DNA of 64,000 nucleotides. Source: Lepidodermella squamata. Lineage: Eukaryota; Animalia; Gastrotricha. Made by a program: the position numbers and the translations under genes. The stretch spans positions 1,426,001 through 1,490,000 of the forward strand of contig JBLDXI010000055.1 in NCBI GenBank assembly GCA_047495785.1, read 5' to 3'. Below the pieces are notes generated by a model that was given only the letters and a program-made list of their open reading frames with translations, was not told where the DNA came from and did no database searches. The first letter of the stretch is position 1. Each line of letters opens with the position of its first letter. This document shows positions 1-11,200 of this stretch, in pieces.

Positions 1-234
1 ACAATAATAATCGCTGGAAAGCCCTTTTCCAAAAATGGCAATTAATGCTCTTAAGCTCGAGACGTTCCGTTTTTTGGTCGGCGGAAATCCATACGTCCTT
101 TGGCAAGAGGAGATCGTAAACAGCATGAGATGAATGATTGCTATGTTTTTCCAGTTGAAGTAAGTATATAACAGCGTCGATTTCGAACGGACACCATACA
201 AGATTGTCCCAATCTGGTCGAGTCGCTGGAAATG
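1..234 (-). CDS. Probable internal coding exon of an unidentified gene continuing past the left edge
   Basis: Acceptor-like ctattctcacag on the minus strand near 235, followed by a stop-free frame to position 1 (FPATRPDWDNLVWCPFEIDAVIYLLQLEK...); a second frame is also open; no family recognised. Confidence 0.3.
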
Positions 235-748
235 CTGTGAGAATAGATTGGTTGTGGAAAGAATTGCAATAAAAAAATGAAAGCGCTTGCAAACTTTAAA
301 AAATTTATAGCAAAGCCGAGATGAAAAATCAACATTTCAAAATCATCAACACTATATAAAATTATACTTCGATAAAATAATCCACCAGCGTCACAGGAAA
401 TTGTTCCAGCTTATGTTGCTATCGCTTTTACGGCGAAGTTCACAGATAAGACATTATTCATAGTCTTCACACTCTTGTTGTTAACAGCGACAACTTTCAT
501 GTCTCACAGCGGGAATGCGGTTGCCCAACTTTTATCAGCATTATACAAAATGCATAGCTGTTTTGAGAAACCACATCTCTGCTATAGCAAGAGAATTAAT
601 TCTCGTGCTTCATCACTATTTTCTGAGAATTTTACGCTCGTGCGATTCATAAATCATTTTTTAACAATAAATTTCAGAAATGCTCCATCGTTTGAACTTG
701 AAACAAGCTTATGCCTTTCTTTTCCTTAACAGTAGAAGAATAACGTCA

Positions 749-1819
749 ATGGCTGACTCCAGTAAATCCACTGGTACAAAGGCTATGCGGAGTGACTACA
801 ACGACAATTCGCAGGTTCAAAATGCCATGGTGGGTATAGCGAAGCGTTTCATCGATTCAGGCATTCAAGCCCACGCCGTTAAGATGGCTGATGACCCGAA
901 TTCTTCGATTACCATCGCCGATTTCGGCTCATCAACAGGTGCGAATAGTAGTGCAGCAATGTCGCTGATTATTGATGGGCTGCGGCGAAAATACGGACCG
1001 GACGCAACCAAATCGGTCACGGTAGTCCACAGTGATTTGGCGAGCAATGACTGGACTGTTACCTTCAATTATCTTCACACGAACCCACAGTCTTATATTA
1101 AAAACTTCCCTGGCACCTACGCGATGGCCTCTGGCGTGAGCTTCTGCCAGCAAATTATGGCGCCGAGATCTCTTCATTTTGGGTTCAGTAACTACGCGCT
1201 GCATTGGTTATCAAAAATACCGGCCAAACTGAAAAATCACGTTTTCTATCCGTTCGGCTCCGAGCAAGAACAAGAAGCATTTAGGAAGCAAGCAGCTGAA
1301 GATTGGAATAATTTCCTTTCGGCTCGGTCACTTGAACTCGTTCCAGGTGGAGTTTTAGTCCTTCATATTTTCAACATGAGGACGGCGAAACCGATCTCAA
1401 ACGACGGTGTTTATCTATCGGCTCTGAAACTAAAAGAACGTGGCTATATTACTGATGAAGAGCTGGAGAACTTTAACGTGCCGGTTTATTACCGCACTAA
1501 GCAGGAGGTCACTGATTTGGCTCAGATGGAGAAATTCGGCCTCGAAATTGTCACTTGCGAGCAACTTCCCCCGACGCCTAATCCCCATTTCGAGGCTTAC
1601 AAAGTGCACAACGATTTGGACGAGTATGCCAAGAAGTTTTCCGAATACCTAGCGGCGGTAACTGATCCTTTATTACATGCTGCACTATTACCTTCGCGGG
1701 ATAAAAAATGGGTTTCCGAAATGCTATGGAATGAATATCGAGCCCTGGTCAAAACGAGACCAGCTGAATTTGGCAGCACAAGCAGCCACATGTTTCTTGT
1801 AATTAGGAAAAAATATTGA
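749..1819 (+). CDS. SABATH-family SAM-dependent carboxyl methyltransferase (Methyltransf_7), intronless
   Basis: Motifs IADFGSSTGANS, HSDLASNDW, SLHFGFSNYALHWLS, DWNNFLSARSLELVPGG and FNVPVYYRT match the SABATH consensus. ATG 749 follows an acceptor-like ttttccttaacag, so it is preferred over 680. Confidence 0.9.
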   Translation: MADSSKSTGTKAMRSDYNDNSQVQNAMVGIAKRFIDSGIQAHAVKMADDPNSSITIADFGSSTGANSSAAMSLIIDGLRRKYGPDATKSVTVVHSDLASNDWTVTFNYLHTNPQSYIKNFPGTYAMASGVSFCQQIMAPRSLHFGFSNYALHWLSKIPAKLKNHVFYPFGSEQEQEAFRKQAAEDWNNFLSARSLELVPGGVLVLHIFNMRTAKPISNDGVYLSALKLKERGYITDEELENFNVPVYYRTKQEVTDLAQMEKFGLEIVTCEQLPPTPNPHFEAYKVHNDLDEYAKKFSEYLAAVTDPLLHAALLPSRDKKWVSEMLWNEYRALVKTRPAEFGSTSSHMFLVIRKKY

Positions 1820-2357
1820 CTAAATAATGTTGACTTTCAATAAACTTAATAAGCTCATAAATTAGTTATTGTTGGCCAGAAAAATCTGCGAAACCTACCA
1901 GTCTATTTTTTCAGCTTCGAATTAAATGATGAGCAATAAACGGCGTATTATCCAGGCGAATCCTCATTTTTTGTCTTGCAGATGAAGGTGTCAGCAGAAG
2001 GTGTCGGTAAGGTAGCCAACATTCGCCTAATGCAATTTGTTACTCTCAGTGATATACAAGAGTTGAATACAATCTTAAGCCGCCACGGCTGTCAAGGCTC
2101 TAAGTGTCGATAGTAAATTGAACGCGCATGACATTATCCTAAGTCTAATTCATCGCTGATAATCCAACAAGGCTGGTCTATCGCCTGTCTTGGCTGAACT
2201 TTTTCCACGACGACGTAATAGCTGTTGTAAGTTGGAAACAAAAGCACGTTTTCCACCGCAACACTCATCCGTCTCATTGTTGCCAACATTTATTCATCGC
2301 GCTCGAGTCTTTTTATACAGAACTTGTTGCGCTATATACACAAACGTTTTTTGGCAG

Positions 2358-4688
2358 ATGACAACCGTGTCCTGGCGACAATATGTCGCGGTGATTATTT
2401 GCGTGCTATCAGTAGCGATACAGGCAGCAGTTGATATCAAGTGCCCTGCCAAGGTCAACGTTAATCGCAATGCTTCAACTGTCAATCTTCAATGTAACAT
2501 TATATACCGATCCGAGAAGCAGGCCAACAATTCGATCGTTAAACTTCAAATAACGTTAGACAGCTCATCATTAAACGCCTCGATTGTTCGGAATGATTCG
2601 CAACGTACGACATTTTATCCCGACGATTCCGATGGCCGGGTTCAGTTTACTGTTGCTAAGCACGAATCGCAATCAAATATTTTGATTGCCACGGTTTCTT
2701 TCGCAAAATTCGATGCCGATATCGACTATGGGTCCTACAGCTTGACTGTTAGTGATCCTGAACCCGAAGCAGGCGTGGAATCGTACCAGGCAACTATTGT
2801 CGTAGCTGAGGGGCATCCTAAGAAGATTCTGATGTTCGAATGGTGGGATTACGTAATATTATTCGGATCTCTAGCGCTTTACGCCGCAATCGGAGCCTAC
2901 TACACCTGCATCAAATGGCAACGTGTTCCAGAAGGTGGTGACTATATTCTGGGTGATCGGCAAACAAACTGGTTCAACTCAACATTTTCGCTTTACGGAA
3001 CTTTTCTATCCGCATTACCTGTCTTGGGCGGTGCGACTGAAATTTACGTGTATGGAACGCAATATTTGACGGTCTGTTTAGCCTACCCGATCTCGTGCTT
3101 CCTCGCTGTCAACGTAATGCTGCCGATATTTTACAAGCTTAAATTGACTAGCATTCACGAATACTTGGAAGCTCGCTTTTCACGGCTGGTGCGAATGTGC
3201 TGTTCAGGAATTTTCATCATTCAGATGGTTATCTATATGGCCATGGTCATTTACGCCCCGAGTATGGCTTTGGAGCAAGTGATTGGGCTAAACTTTTGGG
3301 TATTCGCGGTACCTGCCTCAATTTGCTGCCTCTTCTATACTTCAATCGCCGGATTAGCTGCAAACAACTGGGTATCAGAAACTCCCAACTGAACCTTGGC
3401 CATGAATATATAATGGTCTAATTATTTTTAGATTGACGTTATCCAAGGTGTGGGTATGTTTGCTGGAATGTTTACAGTGCTTGGAGTGGCATCTTACAAA
3501 GAGGGCGGTTTCAACAATGCCTGGTACAAAGCCCAGTCTGAGAAGCGAATCAGCTTTTTCGAATTCGACCCGGATCCAAGGTATCGAAACTCGTTTTGGA
3601 CAACTGTCATTGGCATGAGTGTGACTTACTTGTATACATATGGAGTGTCGCAAACTCAAGTCGAAGTCGGTCTGATGGCCAAGACCCTGAGAGATGCTCG
3701 AATTGCTGGTTGGCTCAATGTTATTCTTAACATTCTGCTTGTCCTAGTACCCGGGCTGATTGGACTTCTAGCCTCGGCTCGTTATTTGGACTGCGAGCCA
3801 GTAACTGCTGGTCTCCTCAACTCCCCGGCGAAAATTTTAGTTTATTACGTAATGGACGTAGTCGCTGTAGATATTCCTGGTTTAGCTGGATTCTTCGTCG
3901 CATCCCTGTGCTGTTGTGCTCTCAGCGGTCTGTCTTGCGGACTAACCGCTCTTGTTGCAACTACGACGAAAGATTTCGGCATTCATGCTCTGATGAAACG
4001 GAAAAAACTCTCCGCAAATCGAATGGGCCACGTCACTAAATTCATCTCCTCTTTTTACATGATTATTTGTCTAATATTGGTCCTGCCGATTCAAAACTTT
4101 CAGACGACAGTCGAGGCGGTTAACACGCTGTTCGGTGCTCTCGGCGGGCCTGTTTTGGGCGTTTTCATTTGCGGAATGTTCATTCCTTACATCAACGACA
4201 TAGGAGCATTTTCTGGGCTAGTGATTGCTGTTGTTATCACAATCTGGAACGGCATTGGACCTAACGTTGACCCTCTGATTTACGCTGTTCAACCTATGCC
4301 AGCGATTTCTACGTTAGGATGTGACTGGCCTGCGGCCTCTGGAAATTCTACCATTCCAACGCCGACTTTTATTCCGGCGAAATCGGCTGAATTTGACAAG
4401 CTATCAGATCTGCAAAGCTTCTACGCCGTTTCCTATCTGTACCTGTCGATCGTCGGTGTCATAGTTGTTATCATCGTTGGCTTTTTCGTGACAGCCTGCA
4501 CTTCTTGGGGACAGGGTCGAATCTATCGATTTGAGGACCGAAGACTGCTACATTACAGTGTAGCGCGGTTCATGAAAGTCAGAAAGCATCAGTCACAACG
4601 AACAACGCGGGCGCAGGGCGAAGAGGTTTTCAGCATTCATCTATACAAAAGGAAGAAACCCGCTGTTATAAAAGGCGTCAAGTGGTAG
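2358..4688 (+). CDS. Sodium:solute symporter (SLC5, SMVT/SMCT/NIS-like) with N-terminal signal peptide and Ig-like domain; 2 exons, intron 3372-3431
   Basis: WDYVILF, EIYVYGTQY, LKLTSIHEYLEARFS, IYAPSMALEQV, spliced W|IDVIQ, FDPDPRYRNSFWT, GVSQTQV, PGLAGFFVA and GPVLGVF are SLC5 hallmarks; a 60-nt GT-AG intron restores the frame. Confidence 0.92.
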
Positions 4689-5144
4689 GTGCATTACATT
4701 TTCTTACGACCTTTGGTTACACATCTTTTTCATAGGCAACATACCGAGAAAGTTATTCATGCTCACCGTAAAAAAGCGAACATATCGGCTATCAAAGCTT
4801 CAACGCTTAACCGATCATTCACCGATCTGGCAAATTAATTTCGAAGTTCGAATAACTGAACAAGAATGAACTATTTATCTGTTATTCAGCAATAAGGTTT
4901 TCACATCCGCGATGAATTTTTATTTTGATTGATATTAGGTCGAAATAAATGAAAAATCCAGTAATTTTCCTATAGGTATCTGACCATATAGCGAATCGGC
5001 TGATGTGAAGAAAGTCCTAGAGTTGGCATGCCACCATGACGTAAAGCAAGTAAAAACCTGAAATCACAGACACTGTCAAGTTGGATTTAACGAAACAGGA
5101 CCTTAAATTAAAAGGAAACTAAAGCCTTCGAAAGTGCAGTTATA

Positions 5145-5260
5145 CAGGGCGTTCGCGTAATAATACTCTGCTAAAAATAGCTTTGCTACTTTTTGCATTC
5201 ATTTTAGATTTTTTGTAGCTATTTTTAGCTCACCCAGAGTATTATTACGCGAACGCCCTG
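5145..5260. mobile_element. 116-bp MITE of Tc1/mariner type (TA target duplication, 26-bp perfect TIRs)
   Basis: TA|cagggcgttcgcgtaataatactctg (5145-5170) is the exact reverse complement of cagagtattattacgcgaacgccctg|TA (5235-5260); there is also an internal inverted pair ctaaaaatagct/agctatttttag. Confidence 0.85.
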
Positions 5261-5281
5261 TAATTATTTGTAGTCAATCTT

Positions 5282-5791
5282 TCAATTGTGATCGTGGCTC
5301 GCGTGAGAAGTATAGATTACAAAACCAAATAGTCCGATGATGACGAGACCGAAAATCATGGCGATAACTGAAACAATTATAGCGATTTCGAATAGTTGCG
5401 AGGAAGCTCCAGACCGTTTCGACCGTCGTGTTGTTGCCAGGGCTATCGCGGGTAGCGACAAGCACCACATGCCACAAAGCAGGGACAGAATTGACATGAC
5501 GATGGCAATCCATCTAGTTCTTTCCATTTTGGCCTTCTCCTCCTCAGGCAGCACGACATCTTTCATGTGGATTACTAAGGGAGGCTGCCGTATTAATGGC
5601 GGATTATTATTTGGTGATTTGATAATGAGTGGATATTTTGGCAAGTCTTCAATGCTGCCTTGTTCGTCGGCGGATGTTGTGGTCACCTGACTCGAAGCGG
5701 AGCTGTTTTCACCAACTGGACTGAAGCTGTCACTGGCTACGTCATTCAGAAGCTGGGCAGATGAATCTTGCTTCTCTAAAACGTTCAACAT
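5282..5791 (-). CDS. CD225/dispanin (IFITM/PRRT-like) membrane protein A
   Basis: S/P-rich N-terminus with LPKY, hydrophobic segment IVMSILSLLCGMWCLSLPAIALA, basic loop, then a C-terminal TM helix. Confidence 0.7.
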   Translation of the reverse strand: MLNVLEKQDSSAQLLNDVASDSFSPVGENSSASSQVTTTSADEQGSIEDLPKYPLIIKSPNNNPPLIRQPPLVIHMKDVVLPEEEKAKMERTRWIAIVMSILSLLCGMWCLSLPAIALATTRRSKRSGASSQLFEIAIIVSVIAMIFGLVIIGLFGFVIYTSHASHDHN

Positions 5792-6479
5792 TATTACGGA
5801 CAAAATGTCTCTGACTCGATATTATAATAATATCTGAACCACATTTTGTTAGAACTTGCATGAAACCCAAGGCCGATAGTGATTAATTATTTATCTGAAA
5901 ATACCCACTGGAGACGACTTGGCCTAACGTTTATATTGGCAAATGTTGCACGCGCCTCGTCCGCTTGCGAACCCCGCCAGTCAATTTAGCGTGCAGGTAC
6001 TGCCGCTTCGGGCCAAGTCTGGTTTTAGGAAATCGATACAGCAAAAAAATCGATTTAATGACGTGCGCGTAATCTTCGATTCGATTTATATAAATCCAAT
6101 CCTCTTGAATTGAAGATGATGCCGTCAAAAAACGTGTAGGATAATCTTGTACACTCTGATTGAGAGAAGATGAATTTTCATGAATTGCGTAGCAGTAAAA
6201 TGCCACTTCCTGCTAGAGGTAAGCAAGATACTAGCCGTGTCTGAGCGAACGTGATGTTTTTTGATAATTGTTCGCTCTTAGAATTTAGAAAAACAACCAT
6301 TTAGCCATAAAGTGCGAATAAACACAACCTTAATGCTATATAGACTTTTTACTGCAGTTAAAAACCACTCAATTTGTAAAAATTATGTTAAATATGCATT
6401 TTTATTTATACCTATCATGTTTGCCTATTTAAAGTTTAAAGCGATAAAGTTATTCCTTCATTAAAAAATTAGCCCAGCA

Positions 6480-7361
6480 ATGGATACGTTCCAGTCCAGT
6501 AAATCCTTGTCATTAAGGTTTCTCGTTTGATTTCAAGAATTTGTTGTCCTAATCATTGGTTATTCACGCAGAACCGAGTCGCCGCCGGCTTATGATAGCT
6601 CGAGTTTTCATGATTCAACGAAAGCTGTCGATCTCACGTCACCGGTTTCTCCCGGGTACCCGGCTAGTTACCTGTCAGTTAACACCAGCAGGGCCCAATA
6701 TTTATTTCACGCTGCGACGTGGAATCCTTTCGATTCCTCATTCAACGGCCGGTCAACCGTGTTAATGCGGCATCCTTACTCAAACAACATCTTCATAGCA
6801 CCGCCTCTTTTCAATAGCCACAGCGGTCTTAGCCTACCGAGCATTGCATCACTGATAGCAAATCGGCCTCCAAGCGCAATATCACCATCGATGATGTATG
6901 AAACAGACGTAGTCAACAGGGCGAACGAGAGGAGGGATCAAAATTTCGTCGTCGTGGAACAGCCGTCGCCTCACACATCCATCGGGCAATCTTTGCATGG
7001 AATTCGATCAGTGGCACTAGGGGCGTCATTGGTATCCCTCATCTTTGGCCCAATATGCCTATCGATTCCAGCTATTTTGTGCGCCTATCGTCGACCACCA
7101 GCGGCTAAGTACTCTACGTACCGAGCTTCTATTATTTTGTCTCTTCTTTCAATAATTTTCGGCGTCATTTGGATAACGGCATTGTCTGTCAAAACAGCGG
7201 CTGGTGTCAATTCCGAGTTGATGGCTTTTAATAACTGCAGTATGTTTGGCTTCGATAACTCAACCACTACAGTGCCGAGCAACTGTACTGAAACAACGAA
7301 TTCGAATGCCACTACAGTGCCGAGCAACTCTATTGAAACTACTACTTCGAATGCATCATAG
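6480..7361 (+). CDS. CD225/dispanin-like protein B with S/T/N-rich C-terminal tail; intron 6518-6571
   Basis: Spliced MDTFQSSKSLSLR|TESPPAYDSS stays in frame into ORF 6759-7361; SLIFGPICLSIPAILCAYRRPP plus a TM helix. Confidence 0.7.
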
Positions 7362-7384
7362 TCCTATGTCAATTTTTCTAAAAC

Positions 7385-7981
7385 TCAAATCTTGTTGAAG
7401 AATTTCAGAACAATAATAACGACGGTTGCATTTGTTAGGATTGAAAGGATTGCTAATGCGATAGCTAAAATATAAGTATTTCGGCTGGCGAGAGGTGGCT
7501 TTCGGCATGCAAAGATCACTGAAGGTATGGCGCAAAAAATCGTTCCCAAGACAACGGAAATAGCAGACAGGGCTATAGCAATATCGCGGCAACGGCTGAA
7601 TTCATGTTGAAAATTATCGCAAGGATTTGTTGCTTTGACTGCCGTAGTTACAATGACATTTTCAGCAGCTAGAATTTGCGAGGTCCCAGGCGAGATGCTA
7701 ACGCCAGTTTCTGGGTGGCAGACCTCTTCACTGAAGTTTAGCTCGGCTCGAAGTGGCTGATGTACGGTCAGGCGGCGAACTGGTAGCACTAGTATTGGTT
7801 CTTCGGCACTCAGAAGGTGCGGTTCATAACGGGATTGCTGGTGATTACTGAAAATGGGGAAAATCTGGAAATACAGATCGATAAGCTCATGAAAGCTGGC
7901 TAACCTTGGATTCGTGACAATTTCTTTTGAGTCGTCGTCCTTATTGCTAATAATCACGGCTGTGTCCGATGTGTCCCCCAT
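7385..7981 (-). CDS. CD225/dispanin-like protein C; probable 57-nt intron 7848-7904
   Basis: AISVVLGTIFCAIPSVIFACRKPPLASRNTYILAIAL is clearly paralogous to A, B, D and E. Confidence 0.68.
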   Translation of the reverse strand: MGDTSDTAVIISNKDDDSKEIVTNPRLASFHELIDLYFQIFPIFSNHQQSRYEPHLLSAEEPILVLPVRRLTVHQPLRAELNFSEEVCHPETGVSISPGTSQILAAENVIVTTAVKATNPCDNFQHEFSRCRDIAIALSAISVVLGTIFCAIPSVIFACRKPPLASRNTYILAIALAILSILTNATVVIIVLKFFNKI

Positions 7982-8281
7982 GATAAAAGAGAGAAATACA
8001 GGAAAAAAAGTAAAAGCTGTAAGGTTGGGTTTATAGCTGTAATATACCTCACTTCGATAAAAACGAGTGTTCTTTATCCATGCTTTACCAAAAGACGGAA
8101 TTCTAAACATATGGTGTGCTAATAAAGTTCCATTTGCGAGATTTGAACAGCTTAGCGACCCATTTTACCAAGTTCTTCATTATTCAGACGGTGCATATGG
8201 TTTTCCTAACTTCCTGCGAATTTTCCTTACAAGGTGATCACTAACTTTAAATTTATAAATATTGAAATCCAACATTGCGCT

Positions 8282-11200
8282 TTATTCGAGAAATTCAAGA
8301 ACCAGAAGGCCTATAAAGCGCCTCCACAAAGGGTATTGATGGCCTAACATGAAAGCAATGTCGAGACAGCCATAGTCAAGTGCAATATCACGTAATGATT
8401 TACCAAAGAAGTCACGCAGGTCAGTTCTAGCGCCGAGAGCGATCAACATTTTCGCAGTTTTAGTTTTACCGTATTCAACTGCCAGCATCACCGGTGTGCA
8501 GCCGAATCTATCTGCGAGATCAAGAAGGGTTCGACCGACCGGCTGCTCGAGGAGAAGCGATATAACCTGTTTTCTACCCTTAGGAACAGCAAACATGAGT
8601 GGAGACTTGCCCTCAATATCGCAAGCATCTATCTGGGCTGCATGTTGAATAAGGCAACCAGCCGTTTCTTCACGGCCGTAAAAGCAAGCATACATAAGCG
8701 GCGTCGCCATCGTAAGATCGCACAAATCAACCTCTGCTCCATGTTCGAGCAGCAATCGAGCGATTTCAGCATTTTCAGACTCACAAAGCTCAGTGTTCTT
8801 AGCGGTAAGAAGAAGGGCGCTTTCGAACTGCGCGTTCTGCGCGTTAACTTCGCAGCCGTTTTCCAACAATAGACGTACCACTGCGACATGGCCATGGCTA
8901 GCAGCGTGCATTAAGGCGGTACAGCAGTCGAAATCTCTAGCATTGATATCAGCACCATTTTCCAACAAAATCTCAACCAAATTATCATAGCCATATCTCG
9001 CTGCATCGATGAGGGGTTTTTGACCAGAAATTCCTCTAATCTCTGTGAAGGCATCTTGCTGTAAGAGGGGCTTAGCAGCTAAACTCCCGATGCGACTCGC
9101 AAGTAGTAGACCGAAAGATATATCGCGAATATTCAATTTCGAATGAATATCAAGTTCGTTGTAGTGATTGAAATTGTAAACTTGCTTCATCAGATCTCTG
9201 GCAATTTCTGATAGGTTTGTAACGGATTCATCGCCAAATACAAGTCGAAGCAGCGGCTCGTTGATTTGGTCGCAAGGTTCAAGTATCGAAGCTTCACCAT
9301 CTTCGATTTTCGATTTGATTTCCTCCATGCACTCCAACTCATCGGCTGTTAAAACTGTCTTGGGCGATAACTCTTCAGGAAAATAGTAATCGTAGTCCCG
9401 TTTTGCAATCCACATGCAATGTTGGATCACAGTCTTATCGCGGTTCGTTTTCAAAGTCAAGTCGCATTTACCTGATTGTAGCATCCAGCTGGCTCTTATT
9501 GTCTCGCCTCGCTCCATCGCTAGCATCATCGCAGTCTGGCCATTATTATTAAACTGATTGAATATAACAGCAGGTACTTTAGGATTCGAGCATAAAGCCC
9601 TTATCACGTAATAACCGTTTGAGACAGCTTTCATTAAAACATTCTCCCCGCAATCATCCGAAACATCGATTCGGCTGAGAAATTCACGGTCGTCTAGGAA
9701 ACATTGCATCAGCTCACTGAGGCCTCCAGCTGCAGCGGCTAATAAAACATTCTCGCAACTAGGTCGACCGGTTTCAACAGACTCGAGGAGCTCCGACCAT
9801 AGCCCTGATGCTTTACAGCGTTTCAGGACAATATCTCTCAGTTTTACGGGGCTTTCCATCAAGTTGTCATCTCCAAACATCAGAGATGCCGCAATGCCCC
9901 GAGCTACTCCTACGACCCCCTCGGTCTCGCCATAATCATCACCATCTTCCAAAAGTTTCTCGAGAATTCGGGCGATAGTCGGAATAGCAATATTCACCCC
10001 CTGCTTGAGTATTAATTTTGATGCAACAAGAGCAGTCAAGGGTGAATAGTGATCATTGGGAAGGAAGAATTCGAGAATCGAGCTTCGAACGCTGATGCAA
10101 TAGCATTCATCGCTGAGAATGTAGTCGATAAAAGTTTTGAAAAGTTGCGTTTTCTGAGTTTTCACAATTTTTTCAAAGCATTCTCGCCCGTATAGCCTCA
10201 AAATCAGTGAGCGACGAATGTCTATTGTTGCAGCGTAATGCGAGAGATTGAAATATTTCCTTGCAAATGGCAGGGCCGTGGCGAAAAATAACTGATGAAT
10301 AGATACATGGCGGCCATTTGTCACTTGAACAAAATTCTTCCTCTCATAATCGTTAACGTGGCCACGTACCTCGGATAAATCGCTGTATCCCCATAGAATC
10401 GCGAGATCTTCGAATTCGACGGTGTTGCCTGGTTCGAAGAGGAGAAAGCCGTAAAATCGCAACTTGGAGAATTCCGATTCATCCCTGAAAACACCTGTCA
10501 ATAGATGCAATATTTTGCGTTCGCCGTCTGACCATTTCGAATTTGACAGATCAACTGCTTCTTCTTCAGAAATAGGGCTCAACAACGTGGCAATAGCATT
10601 ACTGTCGTTTTCTATTTTCGATTTGATGGCCATCGCAGCTAAAGGGGAGCCAGAACACATCCTCGCAAGAGTATCTGTTTTGAGCTCTGATGAAGGGTTC
10701 AAGGTTATTAAATTAAGAATATCTCGGTTTGGTAGAGGAGATATTTTCAACCTCCGGCAGCTATTTGCCAGTTTTAAATCTAGATTTCTACAGATAGCAA
10801 TCACGTGGACGTTCTTACTGAGATGCAACGCTTGGCGCATAATGCAGTCAGAGGTCAAGTTGTCAAGAACCAGTAGAATCTTCGAATTCACCGAGGAAAG
10901 ATCCGAGAGAAATCGCCGAATGTATTTTGCCGAGGAACGTTCTCTATTCAGTTCCTCTACTTTGAGACTGAAGAGTTTACCCAGGCAGGCGTAGAATGAT
11001 AACCTGGATTCAGAGTAGGATCCATGATTGAAATTTGCAGCATTGAGATAAATGACTGTCGCTATGGCACATGATTTCAAAAACTGTTCGTCGAAGACAA
11101 TGGCGTTCAGAACCGTCGAGGTTTTTCCCAAGCCAGAATCACCGTAGAAAACAAGGCACTGCTTAGTTTCACTGGAAGAGCATAACTCTCTGACTTCATC

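Noticed and set aside
10464-10994. 176-aa + strand ORF
   Set aside because: Antisense shadow of the NB-ARC gene with no independent motifs; the same applies to shadow ORFs over CDC5L, DTHD1 and the proteases.
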